DNA of 64,000 bases, taken from Candidatus Cloacimonadota bacterium. GTDB taxonomy: Bacteria > Cloacimonadota > Cloacimonadia > JGIOTU-2. The notes under the pieces are model-generated. The model searched no databases. It saw nothing but the letters and a program-made list of their open reading frames with translations, and was not told the DNA's origin. The stretch spans positions 160,001 through 224,000 of the forward strand of contig JBNGBT010000001.1 in NCBI GenBank assembly GCA_049903315.1, given 5' to 3'. The translations under genes were made by a program, and so were the position numbers. Positions 1-11,031 of the stretch are shown piece by piece; the first letter of the stretch is position 1; the number at the start of each line of letters is the position of its first letter.

Positions 1-192
1 AAGCGTGGTGATATCATAAGAAGTATCGATTCGCAGAATATAAAAGATGTAAACGATGCGGAGATTGCTGTATCCGATCTCAGGATTGGCGAGGATATTG
101 AGATCGAGATCATCCGTGACGGTAAAGAAATGATAAAAGAACTCACCCCCCAGGAATATCAGGACAAGACAAGCCCTTCTTCCAAATTGTAG
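1..192 (+). CDS. 3' end of a PDZ-domain protein (probably HtrA/DegP-like protease), partial
   Basis: Frame 1 translated by hand: KRGDIIRSIDSQNIKDVNDAEIAVSDLRIGEDIEIEIIRDGKEMIKELTP...*, matching the PDZ C-terminal pattern (GD.I..I.....I.RDG); TAG at 190-192. Confidence 0.7.
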   Translation, partial: KRGDIIRSIDSQNIKDVNDAEIAVSDLRIGEDIEIEIIRDGKEMIKELTPQEYQDKTSPSSKL

Positions 193-197
193 AAAAC

Positions 198-1769
198 ATG
201 ACAAAAAGCAAAGAGAACCTCACACAGGATGTTGGAAAAATTTCCAGCGGCACTTTTCTCAGCAGAGTTTCCGGATTAATCCGGGATATTTTCCTTACAC
301 ATTTTCTTGGTGCGACGGCAATTGCGGACAGTTTTGGCGTGGCGTTTGTTATTCCAAATATGCTTCGGGGGTTATTTGGAGAAGGTTCTCTCGCTGCAGC
401 GTTCATACCTACATATACTGAAATAAAAGAAAATCGTTCGAAAGAGGAAGCAATCGCTTTTGCACTGAACCTTTTATCGATATTAGTGCTCATTCTTATT
501 GGACTGGTTTTACTTGGCTTGTTGCTTGCACCATACATAATACGCATTATGGCTCCGGGTTTCAGTGTGAAAGTGCAAGAATTGACCATCCATCTTACGC
601 GGATTCTTTTCCCATACCTTTTCCTCATCGGCTTGACATCAAGTATTATTGCTATCCTGAACGCGCATAAAATATTTTTCTTCCCATCACTTTCTCCGCT
701 CATGCTGAATCTCGGTATAATTTTGCCGATACTTTTTGTGTCATTTTTTACTAAAACTGATATCGTATATCGTGCTTATCTTTTTTCAGCTGGTGTGATC
801 CTCGGAGGAATATTTCAGCTTTTTGTAAATATCCGACTTCTTAAAACCATCGGGTATACGCTTAAGTTCAAGATCAATTTTAAGCAGAAGGAACTTAAGG
901 GAGTGTGGAACAGGATGATACCGGGAATACTTAGTCTGGGAATAAGAGAAGTGAATGTTGTAGTGGACACCTTGCTTGCTTCTCTGCTTATTACCGGAAG
1001 TGTGGCAGCACTGCAATATGGTAACCGACTGATGCAGCTTCCTCTCGGGGTATTTGGTGTCGCGATCGGGGCTGCGGTTCTGCCTATGTTCTCACGTCAA
1101 ACTGCCCACAAAAAGCCGGACGAACTTATTCATTCCATACAGGAAGCATTCCAGATGATCATGATCATCATGATGCCGATCATTGCACTTATTTTGGTAG
1201 TCGGTAAAGATGCGATCGCACTTGTCTTTTTGCATGGTGCTTTTGACCAAACAGCACTCATAATGACCTATTCTGCTCTTGCTTTTTATTCAATCGGCTT
1301 GATCTCTCACAGTTCAGTGAAAATATTTGCTTCTGCATTCTTCGCGCTCAAGAACACCAAAACACCGATGATCATTGCAGGAATCGCAGTGATCTGTAAT
1401 ATAATCCTCAATCTTATTTTGATGCGGTTGCTTCAGTTAAGAGGACTTGCACTTGCAACATCCATTGCTGCAACTCTTCAGGCAACGATTCTCTTTTTCA
1501 CACTTCAGGTGAAGATAGGGCGTATCTCATTTAGAAAAATTGGAATTACTTTTATAAAAGTTGTAGTATTATCAGTGGTTGTTGGACTGGCTGCATATTA
1601 TTTGAATATCCTATCACATCACTATTTGCCGGCGGAGAGAATTATTATTTTCGTTAAATTACTCTTAATATTTATTGTGAGTGCAATACTCTATTTGTTT
1701 GGATTGAAACTGCTTAACGTGACTGATCTGATAAAAATCAAACAATCCATTTTCAGAAAAAATAAATGA
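198..1769 (+). CDS. murJ: Lipid II flippase MurJ (MviN)
   Basis: SRVSGLIRD, IPNMLRGLFGEGSLAAAFIP, RLMQLPLGVFG motifs; multi-TM, 523 aa. Confidence 0.95.
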   Translation: MTKSKENLTQDVGKISSGTFLSRVSGLIRDIFLTHFLGATAIADSFGVAFVIPNMLRGLFGEGSLAAAFIPTYTEIKENRSKEEAIAFALNLLSILVLILIGLVLLGLLLAPYIIRIMAPGFSVKVQELTIHLTRILFPYLFLIGLTSSIIAILNAHKIFFFPSLSPLMLNLGIILPILFVSFFTKTDIVYRAYLFSAGVILGGIFQLFVNIRLLKTIGYTLKFKINFKQKELKGVWNRMIPGILSLGIREVNVVVDTLLASLLITGSVAALQYGNRLMQLPLGVFGVAIGAAVLPMFSRQTAHKKPDELIHSIQEAFQMIMIIMMPIIALILVVGKDAIALVFLHGAFDQTALIMTYSALAFYSIGLISHSSVKIFASAFFALKNTKTPMIIAGIAVICNIILNLILMRLLQLRGLALATSIAATLQATILFFTLQVKIGRISFRKIGITFIKVVVLSVVVGLAAYYLNILSHHYLPAERIIIFVKLLLIFIVSAILYLFGLKLLNVTDLIKIKQSIFRKNK

Positions 1770-3583
1770 AACCTGCTGTTCAGGAAAAGCTCAAACTGAT
1801 CCCTTATAATCCGGGTGTGTACCTGATGAAAAACAGTAAAGGCACGATCATTTATGTAGGAAAAGCAAAAAACTTGAAAAAGCGCGTTTCATCCTATTTT
1901 AACAGAAACAATTTTGATCATCCCCGCACTGAAGTGCTTGTGAGTAGAATCGCAAACATTGATTATATCGTAACCCGCAGTGAGCTCGACGCACTTATTT
2001 TGGAAGATACACTCATCAAGAAACATCGTCCAAAGTTTAATGTATCCTTAAAGGACGACAAACGCTATCCTTACCTGAAAATCACGATGAAAGATGCATT
2101 TCCGCGAGTGGTTGTGACACGAAGCATAGAAAGGGATGGCGCAAAGTATTTCGGTCCCTACACAGAAGCCCATTCAATTCGGAACACGCTGAATCTTCTT
2201 GAGAAAATATTCAAGTTAAGAACATGCAATAAATATATTCCCAAAAAAGCATACAAGAAAATTTCTGATGATCGGGCTTGCCTGAACTTCCAGATAAACA
2301 AATGTGATGCCCCCTGTATCGGCAATATTTCATATGATGAGTATCGTGAAAGGATCAACCAGGTAGTTCTGTTCCTGAAGGGAAAAACTGATGATATTAT
2401 TTCTCAACTTAGATCACAAATGGAAAAAGCTGCGATAAACCAGCAGTATGAAAAGGCATCTCAGTACCGTGACCAGATACTGGAGATTTCACATGTAACC
2501 AAAAAGCAAATCATGAGTAACCAATCTTTGTCTGATGCTGATGTAATCGGTATTGCCCGATATGAATCGGAGTGCTGCAGTGTGATACTGAAAATCCGAG
2601 ACGGCAAATTGATAAAAAAGGAACACTATTTCCTAGAAAATACAGAGCAGGAAAAACTGGCTCTCATTCTCTCGCGGTTTATTACTCACTATTATAACTA
2701 CCGGGAAGATATACCTCCAATAATGATGATCCAGCAGGAACCTGAGGATAATCAGTTGCTCGAGGAGTTATTAAAAACGAAGATTCATATTCCGCAACGA
2801 GGAGATAAGAAGAAGCTTCTGGACATGGCAATACATAATGCATTTTTACTTGTCGAAGAAAAGAAACTCGCACATATCAAATCATCTCAGCGTACAGTTT
2901 TTGCAGTTAAGGAGTTAAAAGAAAGACTCCATCTTGGACGACTCCCAAGAAAGATCGCTGCGTTCGATGTGTCCAACCTTTTTGGTAAAGAAGCAGTAGC
3001 TTCTATGGTATTTTTTGATAATGGCAAACCAAAAAAAAGCCAATATCGCAGATTTAAGATCAAGCTGGTGCCCGGCATTGATGATTACAAAATGATGAAT
3101 GAAGCAGTGTCGCGCTATCTTACTCATCTCGATGACGAGAATGTTGATAAACCGGATATTATTCTCATCGATGGGGGGAAGGGACAGCTTTCCGCGGCAG
3201 AGAAAGCACTGGAAAATACAACACATTCGATCTCACTTTTTTCTCTTGCAAAGCGCTTAGAAGAAATTTTTAAACCAGGAAAAAAAGAACCAATAATAAT
3301 TCCCAAAATCTCTTATGCGCTCAAACTCCTTCAGCAAATACGGGATGAAGCTCATCGATTTGCTATTACATATCATAAAAATTTGCGAGATAAAAAAACA
3401 CATTATTCTGAATTAGACGGGATTAACGGTATCGGTGAAAAGAGAAAAATGCTTCTTCTCTCGTATTTTGGCTCTGTTCAAAAAATACGCGATGCAACGA
3501 TAGGGGATTTATCTTCAGTGCCTGGGATAAGCGATAAGATTGCCCAAAAAATTCTAACTTCTCTTCATGCAAGCTCATCTTAA
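1766..3583 (+). CDS. uvrC: Excinuclease ABC subunit C
   Basis: GIY-YIG (PGVYLM..IIYVGKAKNL..RV), DGGKGQL, RDEAHRFAI, C-terminal HhH; ATGA overlap with murJ. Confidence 0.97.
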   Translation: MKPAVQEKLKLIPYNPGVYLMKNSKGTIIYVGKAKNLKKRVSSYFNRNNFDHPRTEVLVSRIANIDYIVTRSELDALILEDTLIKKHRPKFNVSLKDDKRYPYLKITMKDAFPRVVVTRSIERDGAKYFGPYTEAHSIRNTLNLLEKIFKLRTCNKYIPKKAYKKISDDRACLNFQINKCDAPCIGNISYDEYRERINQVVLFLKGKTDDIISQLRSQMEKAAINQQYEKASQYRDQILEISHVTKKQIMSNQSLSDADVIGIARYESECCSVILKIRDGKLIKKEHYFLENTEQEKLALILSRFITHYYNYREDIPPIMMIQQEPEDNQLLEELLKTKIHIPQRGDKKKLLDMAIHNAFLLVEEKKLAHIKSSQRTVFAVKELKERLHLGRLPRKIAAFDVSNLFGKEAVASMVFFDNGKPKKSQYRRFKIKLVPGIDDYKMMNEAVSRYLTHLDDENVDKPDIILIDGGKGQLSAAEKALENTTHSISLFSLAKRLEEIFKPGKKEPIIIPKISYALKLLQQIRDEAHRFAITYHKNLRDKKTHYSELDGINGIGEKRKMLLLSYFGSVQKIRDATIGDLSSVPGISDKIAQKILTSLHASSS

Positions 3584-3594
3584 AATCTTTTGCA

Positions 3595-3625
3595 CAAAAA
3601 AAGAGGTGATTTGAAAATCACCTCT
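3595..3625 (-). terminator. Intrinsic terminator between convergent genes
   Basis: AGAGGTGATTT/AAATCACCTCT stem with an A-run on its left (U-tract on minus strand). Confidence 0.7.
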
Positions 3626-3650
3626 AAGAAATATGTGAGATATAGAATCT

Positions 3651-3986
3651 CTAATGTTCAAGAGATCGGCTTTTTATATCATTAAAATTTCTGTCTTCAA
3701 ATTTTACATTAACCCCATCGAATTGCCGCTTGATATCCTCAATTTCTACAGCCGGATTTGTGCTATAAATCAGTTTTATATGATTATACCGGTTACAGAT
3801 CGTGATGATGTTTTGAGAGGGATTCTTTTCCATGATGATATAAATGTGGTGAAGATCGTTACGTTCTTCAAGATAATGTTCGAGTTTGATAATATCATCA
3901 CCCTGAATGTCTTGTGCATAGATAAATGAAATTACTTTTTTGTGGCTTTTTGGGGAAACTTTGCTGCGTGTAAATTTACCTTTCAT
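3651..3986 (-). CDS. Hypothetical protein
   Basis: 111 aa ORF with GGAGG RBS; no recognisable motif. Confidence 0.65.
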   Translation of the reverse strand: MKGKFTRSKVSPKSHKKVISFIYAQDIQGDDIIKLEHYLEERNDLHHIYIIMEKNPSQNIITICNRYNHIKLIYSTNPAVEIEDIKRQFDGVNVKFEDRNFNDIKSRSLEH

Positions 3987-4042
3987 GACACCTCCGAATT
4001 TTGGTAAAAAATAGTATTCTCAACAGAATTTTCAAATAGCTC

Positions 4043-4414
4043 CTATGTTTTTTTTGCTATTGCCTTTTTGATCATATGAATAAGGTCATCTACCTCAAAC
4101 GGCTTAAATATTATATCGTGCAAGCCATCCTTCTTGGCTTTGACCAGTACATGATTCGGATCATATCCAAATCCCGTCATCATAACTATTGGTATCGTAT
4201 CGTCAAAATTGCGTATCTGTGAATAGAGCTCATACCCATCCATATCCGGCATTGCAATATCGCTGAGTACAAGATCGACATGCTGTTCACGGATGGTTTG
4301 CAGTGCATCAAAGCCATTATTTACAGTGATCACATTGTAGTTTCTTTTCGGGAGCACATAAGAAAGAAAATCTAAAGTATCCTGCTCGTCATCAACGATG
4401 AGTATGGTTTTCAT
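4043..4414 (-). CDS. Single-domain response regulator (REC)
   Basis: [23 protein letters not shown] motifs. Confidence 0.93.
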   Translation of the reverse strand: MKTILIVDDEQDTLDFLSYVLPKRNYNVITVNNGFDALQTIREQHVDLVLSDIAMPDMDGYELYSQIRNFDDTIPIVMMTGFGYDPNHVLVKAKKDGLHDIIFKPFEVDDLIHMIKKAIAKKT

Positions 4415-5301
4415 AAAGATGTTTTTCCTGTGATCCTTGTGTATGCCTGCATGTATTTTTCGCGTGTTTTTTCTATGATGTTTTCTGGAAGATGAAGAAT
4501 TTTGTCATCTGCTGCAATCTGTTTTTTATGTTGAATTCCCTTTGATAGAAGATAATCACGCACAAATTGCTTATCGAAACTTTTCTGAGATTTGCCCGGT
4601 TCATACTCATCTTTATCCCAGAAACGTGATGAGTCCGGTGTGAAAATTTCATCAATAAGAATGATCTTATTGTTATAGAGTCCGAACTCAAACTTTGTAT
4701 CAGCGAGGATGATATTTTTTTTCATGAGAATATCATGTGCAAATGAGTATAATTGAAGGCATGTTTCCCTGATCTTTTCGGCAAGGACTGGATCAACCAG
4801 ATGTGTCATTTCCTCAAAGCTTATATTTTCGTCATGTCCCTTTTCTGCTTTCGTGGAAGGAGTGAAAAGTGGTTTGGGGAGTTTTTCTGATTCAATAATA
4901 CCTTCCGGCAATTTTATGCCGCAGACCTTTCCCGTCTTTTGATATTCCTTCCAGCCACTGCCAGCAAGGTAACCCCGAACAATGCATTCAATAGAAAATT
5001 TCTCTGCTTTTTTGACCAGCATTGAGCGCTTTTCTACTTCATCCGAAACGTCCCGGATACCTTTGGGAAAGTCTTTTACATCAGTAGAAATAATATGATT
5101 CGGGATGATAGAAGCAGTCTGTTCAAACCAGTATGAAGAGAGTTGCGTAAGAATTATGCCTTTATCAGGAATTTTATCGGGAAGAATATAATCAAAAGCA
5201 GAAATCCTATCTGTTGCAATAATGAGAAGCTCGTTACCCAGATCGAAAATATCCCGTACCTTTCCCCGCTTGAGAGGAAACCTGTCTCTAAGTCGTACCA
5301 T
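4411..5301 (-). CDS. purC: SAICAR synthetase
   Basis: [50 protein letters not shown]. Confidence 0.97.
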   Translation of the reverse strand: MVRLRDRFPLKRGKVRDIFDLGNELLIIATDRISAFDYILPDKIPDKGIILTQLSSYWFEQTASIIPNHIISTDVKDFPKGIRDVSDEVEKRSMLVKKAEKFSIECIVRGYLAGSGWKEYQKTGKVCGIKLPEGIIESEKLPKPLFTPSTKAEKGHDENISFEEMTHLVDPVLAEKIRETCLQLYSFAHDILMKKNIILADTKFEFGLYNNKIILIDEIFTPDSSRFWDKDEYEPGKSQKSFDKQFVRDYLLSKGIQHKKQIAADDKILHLPENIIEKTREKYMQAYTRITGKTSL

Positions 5302-5310
5302 TATTAGCGA

Positions 5311-5736
5311 TCATTCCCCTTGTTTTTCTTTTTCTATATGATATGAATGAGTGATTTCTGAAGATTTCTCAAGCATTGCAGTTACTCCGCAATAGCGCTC
5401 CTGCGAAAGCTTGATGGCTTTTTCAACTTTGGCTTCGTCGATGTCATCTCCAATAATTGTGTACACTATATGGATTTTTGAGAAAATTTTTGGATGCTCT
5501 GTTGTGGTTTCTGCTTCAGCAGAAACGGTGAAATTTTTAAAGGGCACTCTCATTTTCCTAAGAAGAGATACCACATCCATGCCTGTGCAGCTAATCAAGC
5601 CCATGAGAACCAGTTCTTTTGGTCTGGAACCCTGATCGTAGCTCATGTCTTTGCCAGCATCGAGTATTATTGCATGATTGGAATCTGCGACTGCGCTGAA
5701 TTGTAGCTTATCGATTAATGTCACTTTTGCTTTCAT
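5311..5736 (-). CDS. OsmC/YhfA family protein
   Basis: G.RPKEL...GL.SCTGMD and LS.ERYC.V two-Cys motifs; likely start is MKAKV at 5736. Confidence 0.88.
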   Translation of the reverse strand: MKAKVTLIDKLQFSAVADSNHAIILDAGKDMSYDQGSRPKELVLMGLISCTGMDVVSLLRKMRVPFKNFTVSAEAETTTEHPKIFSKIHIVYTIIGDDIDEAKVEKAIKLSQERYCGVTAMLEKSSEITHSYHIEKEKQGE

Positions 5737-5846
5737 ATTACACAAGAAGCATAAAATGAATGGAAAATTTGTCAAATTTATTTTGTTTATTTTTAAAAAA
5801 ATAGATAAATTGACAGAAAGGGTTGCTATACCTACAAAATCTTATC

Positions 5847-6989
5847 ATGAAAAAAATTATAATCATATTGCTCATATTCACCATTCCTGTGATATGCGAG
5901 GCAGTTATGAACTTTGAAGAATTTCTTGATGTACTGAATTCATCTCCAATTCCTATGAAATATAAATTCATTGATGATTTTATAAGTTCGGTTCATTCAT
6001 TTCCAATCATAGAACAAGATACTCTTGTACATTTCATAACCCGGCTGAAAGCGCGTTCCGTTTTTCTTGCAGGTGATTTTAATAATTGGAAACCGGATAT
6101 TGAGTGTAAAAATGTACCTTATACTGATCTGTGGTATTACACAACCCCGTTTGAACCTGATGCACGGTTGGATTACAAATTTGTGATCAATGGAGATACC
6201 TGGATACTTGATCTGCTCAATCCACAAAAAATTCCTGGTGGGTTTGGAGATAATTCCGAGCTCCTGATGCCGGATTATAAGGTCGTTCATGAGATTAAAT
6301 ATTATGATGATATTGCTCATGGCACATTGAAGGATACGGCTCTTTATTGCGAATATCTCAAGCAAGACCGAGAAGTAGTTTTGTATTTGCCATATAACTA
6401 TTCCGAGTATGAAAAGCTGCCCTTCATATTATTTCAGGATGGGGGAGATTATCTGAATTTTGCCATGACAAAAAATATACTGGATTACTTGATATATCAT
6501 GAAATGATCGAGCCAGTAGTCGGAGTGTTCATATCTCCCGTAGAAAGGAATGAAGAGTATGCAGGTGATTTAAAGATCGAGTATGGAAACTTCATCGCTC
6601 ATATTGTATTTCCCTTCCTCTATAGTAGTTATCACATTTCTAGTGACCCCGAAGATCATGCAGTAATAGGTGCATCAAATGGAGGGAATATTTCATTGTG
6701 GCTTGGATTTCATTATCCTGAGCGTTTCCGAAAGATCGGAGCTCAGTCATCGTATGTGGAAGAGAGATTACAGAGAGAATTCCAAAATGCCGAGAAATTA
6801 CCCCTCACTATCTCTATTGATATGGGCAAATACGACATTCCGATACTGGAGGAGCTTATTGCTCAGTTTATCCCCATACTTTCAGAAAAAGGATATTCCT
6901 ACACGTACAAAGAATTCCCGGAAGGGCATAGTTGGGGAAACTGGCGCGGTCACGTGGGTGATATTTTGATAGAGTTTTTTGGCAGATAG
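5847..6989 (+). CDS. Exported Fes/enterochelin-esterase-like alpha/beta hydrolase with N-terminal CBM48-like domain
   Basis: Signal peptide MKKIIIILL; VFLAGDFNNW and YKFVING (CBM48-like); GASNGG nucleophile elbow; GHSWGNW catalytic His. Confidence 0.82.
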   Translation: MKKIIIILLIFTIPVICEAVMNFEEFLDVLNSSPIPMKYKFIDDFISSVHSFPIIEQDTLVHFITRLKARSVFLAGDFNNWKPDIECKNVPYTDLWYYTTPFEPDARLDYKFVINGDTWILDLLNPQKIPGGFGDNSELLMPDYKVVHEIKYYDDIAHGTLKDTALYCEYLKQDREVVLYLPYNYSEYEKLPFILFQDGGDYLNFAMTKNILDYLIYHEMIEPVVGVFISPVERNEEYAGDLKIEYGNFIAHIVFPFLYSSYHISSDPEDHAVIGASNGGNISLWLGFHYPERFRKIGAQSSYVEERLQREFQNAEKLPLTISIDMGKYDIPILEELIAQFIPILSEKGYSYTYKEFPEGHSWGNWRGHVGDILIEFFGR

Positions 6990-6993
6990 CTTT

Positions 6994-7476
6994 CTAAAAA
7001 AACTGAGGGAAGAATATCAGGAGTAGCTGAATTATTATATTTGAGTATAAACCTGCTGCAATGTCATCAGCAAGAACACCCCATCCGTGCGGGAGGTTTT
7101 GAAGTTGGTTGATGGGGGTCGGTTTTACAATATCAAACACGCGGAAAAGAACAAGTGCATAGATGAATACCATCAAGGTGTGAGGGAGGAACATCACTGC
7201 GAAGAAAAAACCGATAACTTCATCAATCGTGATCTTTCTGCTGTCATGCCCCATATCCTTCTCGGCACTTTTTATTATGGGTATGAAAATCAGACTCACT
7301 ATAAGAACTATTCCGATCAGCAATAAACCGCCAAATGCACTGAGTGGGGGAATAAGATAGAAATACAAGAAAGCAGTAATAATCGAAGTAATAGTGCCAG
7401 ATAAAACAGGGAAATATCCGACAAAACCAAATGAAACCAGGAGATTTCTAAAGAATTTCAGCATACTCAAACTCAA
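6994..7476 (-). CDS. pgpA: Phosphatidylglycerophosphatase A
   Basis: GYFP..SGT, ITIDEVIG, FRVFDIVKP, GVLADDIAAG. Confidence 0.93.
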   Translation of the reverse strand: MSLSMLKFFRNLLVSFGFVGYFPVLSGTITSIITAFLYFYLIPPLSAFGGLLLIGIVLIVSLIFIPIIKSAEKDMGHDSRKITIDEVIGFFFAVMFLPHTLMVFIYALVLFRVFDIVKPTPINQLQNLPHGWGVLADDIAAGLYSNIIIQLLLIFFPQFF

Positions 7477-8738
7477 TAGAGTGAGTCCGTCTCGATCCTT
7501 TCAATATCAGCACCGAGCAAGGCAAGTTTGTTTTCAAGATGCTCATACCCGCGGTCAAGATGATACACTCGCGATATTCTTGTTTCTCCTTCTGATGCAA
7601 GCGCAGCAGTCACAAGTGCAGCAGCAGCACGAATATCAGGAGCCATGACCGGTGCGCCGGAGAGCTTGTTCCCCCCATTTATGCTGATCCTGCTTCCGGA
7701 TAATTTTATATCTGCTCCCAAACGTTGGAGTTCGCTGATGTACATAAATCTATCTGAGAAAATATTCTCATTTATAATACTTTTTCCTTCGATGGTTGAT
7801 AATAGTGCAGCAAAAAGCGGCTGAAGATCCGTAGGAAATGCCGGGTATGGATTGGTCGAGATCTCAATTGGTTTTCTCTTGTCTTTATTATATATCGTTA
7901 TTGCACGCCCGTCTATTTCTATAGTATATCCGATATCACGGAGTTTGTTCAGCACAATGCCCGAATGTTCCGGCATGCAGTTCGTTACAGTAATTTTTCC
8001 ATTCGTGATTGCACCAGCAACCAGGAGTGTCCCCACCTCAATCCTGTCCGGAATAAGGGAATAGTCAACTGGATTAAGCTCCTTCACTCCATTCACGGTA
8101 ATACTTTCTGTGCCGTGCCCTTCTACATGAGCTCCCATTTTATTTAAGAAGTCTCCAAGACTGCTGATCTCAGGCTCGCATGCAGCATTTTGTATGACAG
8201 TCGTGCCTTCCGCAAGAACTGCAGCCATCAGAACATTTGCAGTTGCGCCGACTGTTTTGTTTTCAAAATATATTTGTGCACCCTGCAAGCCCTTGGTTCT
8301 GGCATAGATATAACCGTGTTTTATCTGTATGGTCACATTGAGTTTATGAAGTGCTTCCAGGTGATAATCAATAGGACGTGCTCCGAGAGCGCATCCACCG
8401 GGGAAGGATACCTTTGCCTCTCCACAGCGAGCAAGGAGGGGACCAAGTGCATAGATCGAGGCGCGCATTGTTTTCACAAGCTCATAAGGGGCTTCGTGAT
8501 TTTTTTCTTTTTTTGTGATGATCCTCAGCTCGTGGTCAGTAAATTCTGCTTCGGTACTGATCGTTCTGAGCAGCTTGATCATCGTTCGAATGTCTGAGAG
8601 ATTTGGAATATTTTTTATATGATACTCGCCATCAGCGAGGAGGGTTGCAGCCAGAATGGGCAGTCCGGCATTTTTGGAACCGTTCGCAGCAATTGTTCCT
8701 GAAAGTTTGCGTCCGCCGCGTACTAAAATTTCATCCAT
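7473..8738 (-). CDS. murA: UDP-N-acetylglucosamine 1-carboxyvinyltransferase
   Basis: GSKNA.LP, MRASI, PGGCALGARPID.H, PDRIE, FPTDLQ, HLDRGYE. Confidence 0.97.
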   Translation of the reverse strand: MDEILVRGGRKLSGTIAANGSKNAGLPILAATLLADGEYHIKNIPNLSDIRTMIKLLRTISTEAEFTDHELRIITKKEKNHEAPYELVKTMRASIYALGPLLARCGEAKVSFPGGCALGARPIDYHLEALHKLNVTIQIKHGYIYARTKGLQGAQIYFENKTVGATANVLMAAVLAEGTTVIQNAACEPEISSLGDFLNKMGAHVEGHGTESITVNGVKELNPVDYSLIPDRIEVGTLLVAGAITNGKITVTNCMPEHSGIVLNKLRDIGYTIEIDGRAITIYNKDKRKPIEISTNPYPAFPTDLQPLFAALLSTIEGKSIINENIFSDRFMYISELQRLGADIKLSGSRISINGGNKLSGAPVMAPDIRAAAALVTAALASEGETRISRVYHLDRGYEHLENKLALLGADIERIETDSLY

Positions 8739-8758
8739 GTATAACCAACTTCTAAAAA

Positions 8759-9637
8759 TTATTTTTTAAGTATGACAACTCGGTCGAAATCATTGTAGTC
8801 TTTTTTCGTGTCAATGATTTTGTAATTACATTCCTCTGCAAGCAAAGACAAACCATCTTTTTGATATGCTCCAATTTCAAAGAAGATCCGACCATCCTCT
8901 TTGAGAAAATTTTCTGCATTCAGTAAGATTTTATGATAGAATTCCATTCCGTCTTCTTTTGCAAAGAGTGCACCTTTTGGCTCATGATCTCGGACTTCTT
9001 CTGGTAAATCTTTGAACTCCTCTTCGCTGATATATGGTGGATTGGAGATTATGCAGTCGTAAGTACCCGTTACTTTATCAAAGATATCAGATCGCACTAA
9101 TGAGATATTCTGTATTTTTAGATGATCTATATTTTTTTTTGCGAGTTGTAATGCTCTTTCAGAAATATCCGTTGCAACGATGTGAATGTCTTTTTCCGAC
9201 TCTTTGAATGAATTGCTGATTGAGATTGGAATATTACCTGTACCTGTACCAATATCAAGAAGTGACCATGATTTTTGATTGGATTGTTTTATATGTGAAA
9301 TAACTGCATCGACCAGGATTTCGGTTTCAGGACGTGGAATGAGCACTCCTTCTTCGACGAAGAAAGGAATTCCATAAAATTCTGTAGAACCAAGAAGATA
9401 TTGAACCGGATAATGTGAAGCTCTTTTTTTGATAAGTTTTTTTATGTGTGATAGATCTTTTTCTGAAAGTGGTCTATCATATTTCATATATAAGTCAAGG
9501 CGTGAACATTCAAGAACATGAGCAATGAGCAGTTCTGCATTCAAGTGTGGAGAAGGTATTTCCTTTTCTGAAAAATAGTCCGATGTCCAGAAGAGTACGT
9601 CCTTCACTGTCCATATTTTACTGTCTTGCGATGCCAT
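8759..9637 (-). CDS. prmC: Release factor glutamine methyltransferase
   Basis: PVQYLLG, LIPRPETE, LDIGTGTG, SNPPYI, EIG..Q. Confidence 0.95.
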   Translation of the reverse strand: MASQDSKIWTVKDVLFWTSDYFSEKEIPSPHLNAELLIAHVLECSRLDLYMKYDRPLSEKDLSHIKKLIKKRASHYPVQYLLGSTEFYGIPFFVEEGVLIPRPETEILVDAVISHIKQSNQKSWSLLDIGTGTGNIPISISNSFKESEKDIHIVATDISERALQLAKKNIDHLKIQNISLVRSDIFDKVTGTYDCIISNPPYISEEEFKDLPEEVRDHEPKGALFAKEDGMEFYHKILLNAENFLKEDGRIFFEIGAYQKDGLSLLAEECNYKIIDTKKDYNDFDRVVILKK

Positions 9638-9753
9638 AGTATGAGTAACGAAACACAGGGTGAATTGTTGTCAAATTTATATGAGATTGATTAAGTTTTG
9701 ATGAATTATTTTACCGTTCAAATTGAACTTTGTGTCGAGAGAATGATGTGAAT

Positions 9754-11031
9754 TTATTTCATCAGCACACATTTTTTCAATGCTTCGGTTTTACCATTCA
9801 CATTCAGTTTATAGAAATACAAACCGGATTTTACCGAATTTCCTGATTCATCTTCTCCATTCCATGATACTGAATGTTCACCTGTCGGTATCGCTTGATC
9901 AACTAGAGTTTTCACTTTCTGTCCTTTTAAGTTATAGATTATAATTTCTGTGTTCTTTGAGCTCTGTTGCGTGAAAAATACTATTTCAGTAGTTGTATTG
10001 AAAGGGTTAGGACTATTTTGTGAAAGCAAAGATTCCGCAGCCTGATTCGAAGGTTCATCTATTCCGACGGTTGTCCATGTACCTGATGAGAGGTCGTAGA
10101 TGCAAAGGTCAGCACATGCTGCACCAAATTCATCAAGGCCGCCATAAAGAATAAGTACAGAATCAGGCTGATAAAAAGCCATTCCAGCATGATATCGCGC
10201 GACAGGGCAATCAGGGAGTTGTGTCCATGTCTCAGTTGTCATATCAAATTCATAAAAATCTGGCAGAACACCCTTATCAGCATTCAGGCCGCCGTTAACC
10301 CACATTTTCCCACCTTGGTATGTCCCTGCTTGATATGCCCTTGCACCCGGGTTGGCGCCGGAAGTATACACATAGTGAAATTCGTTGTCATTGGGGAGAG
10401 TGTATTTACGCACATCGCTGCGGAAGTCATTCTGGTTCCATCTGACCCCTCCATATAGATAGAGATCATTATTATTCATTCCACCGCTTTGTCCTGCTGA
10501 AGGAGCATGTATTTCCTTTTCTGTCCAGGTGTTTGTTGACATATCGTAACTCCAGAAATCCATCTTATTAGAGCCACTCGCATCTGTGCCGCCATAGAGA
10601 TAAAGATCGTTGCCATCTCCGACGAGAGAATGGTCTTTACGCGCCACAGGCAAGGTTGTTCCACCCTGAGGCCATTCTGACCATGTGTTCGTATACGGGT
10701 TATAAGACCACAAACTATTACTTAATCCATATGTGCTCTGTCCACCATAAACATACATGACTGCATCCAGATATGCGGCCTGGTCCTTGCTTGCAGGAGG
10801 TGGATCAGTGATAGGGACTACATTATTCCATCCATTTGCATCATAAGCAAAAAGGTCATCTTTTAGGTCTCCCTGAGCGCCTTCTCCACCGAAAAGCATT
10901 ACTCGTCCATCAGGCAGAGTTACCATACCGTGTCCATGACGTGCTCCGGGGTGATCATCTTTTTGGCTGAGTAAAAACGAGTTGGGGAAAATGATCATGA
11001 GCATACAAATTATTATTGTTTTACATTTCAT
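9754..11031 (-). CDS. Secreted Kelch-repeat beta-propeller protein with FlgD/T9SS-like C-terminal sorting domain
   Basis: Signal peptide; six (L/Y)xGG...Y....W Kelch repeats; QNSPNPFN...IYNLKGQKV...WNG.D...GLYFY. Confidence 0.85.
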   Translation of the reverse strand: MKCKTIIICMLMIIFPNSFLLSQKDDHPGARHGHGMVTLPDGRVMLFGGEGAQGDLKDDLFAYDANGWNNVVPITDPPPASKDQAAYLDAVMYVYGGQSTYGLSNSLWSYNPYTNTWSEWPQGGTTLPVARKDHSLVGDGNDLYLYGGTDASGSNKMDFWSYDMSTNTWTEKEIHAPSAGQSGGMNNNDLYLYGGVRWNQNDFRSDVRKYTLPNDNEFHYVYTSGANPGARAYQAGTYQGGKMWVNGGLNADKGVLPDFYEFDMTTETWTQLPDCPVARYHAGMAFYQPDSVLILYGGLDEFGAACADLCIYDLSSGTWTTVGIDEPSNQAAESLLSQNSPNPFNTTTEIVFFTQQSSKNTEIIIYNLKGQKVKTLVDQAIPTGEHSVSWNGEDESGNSVKSGLYFYKLNVNGKTEALKKCVLMK

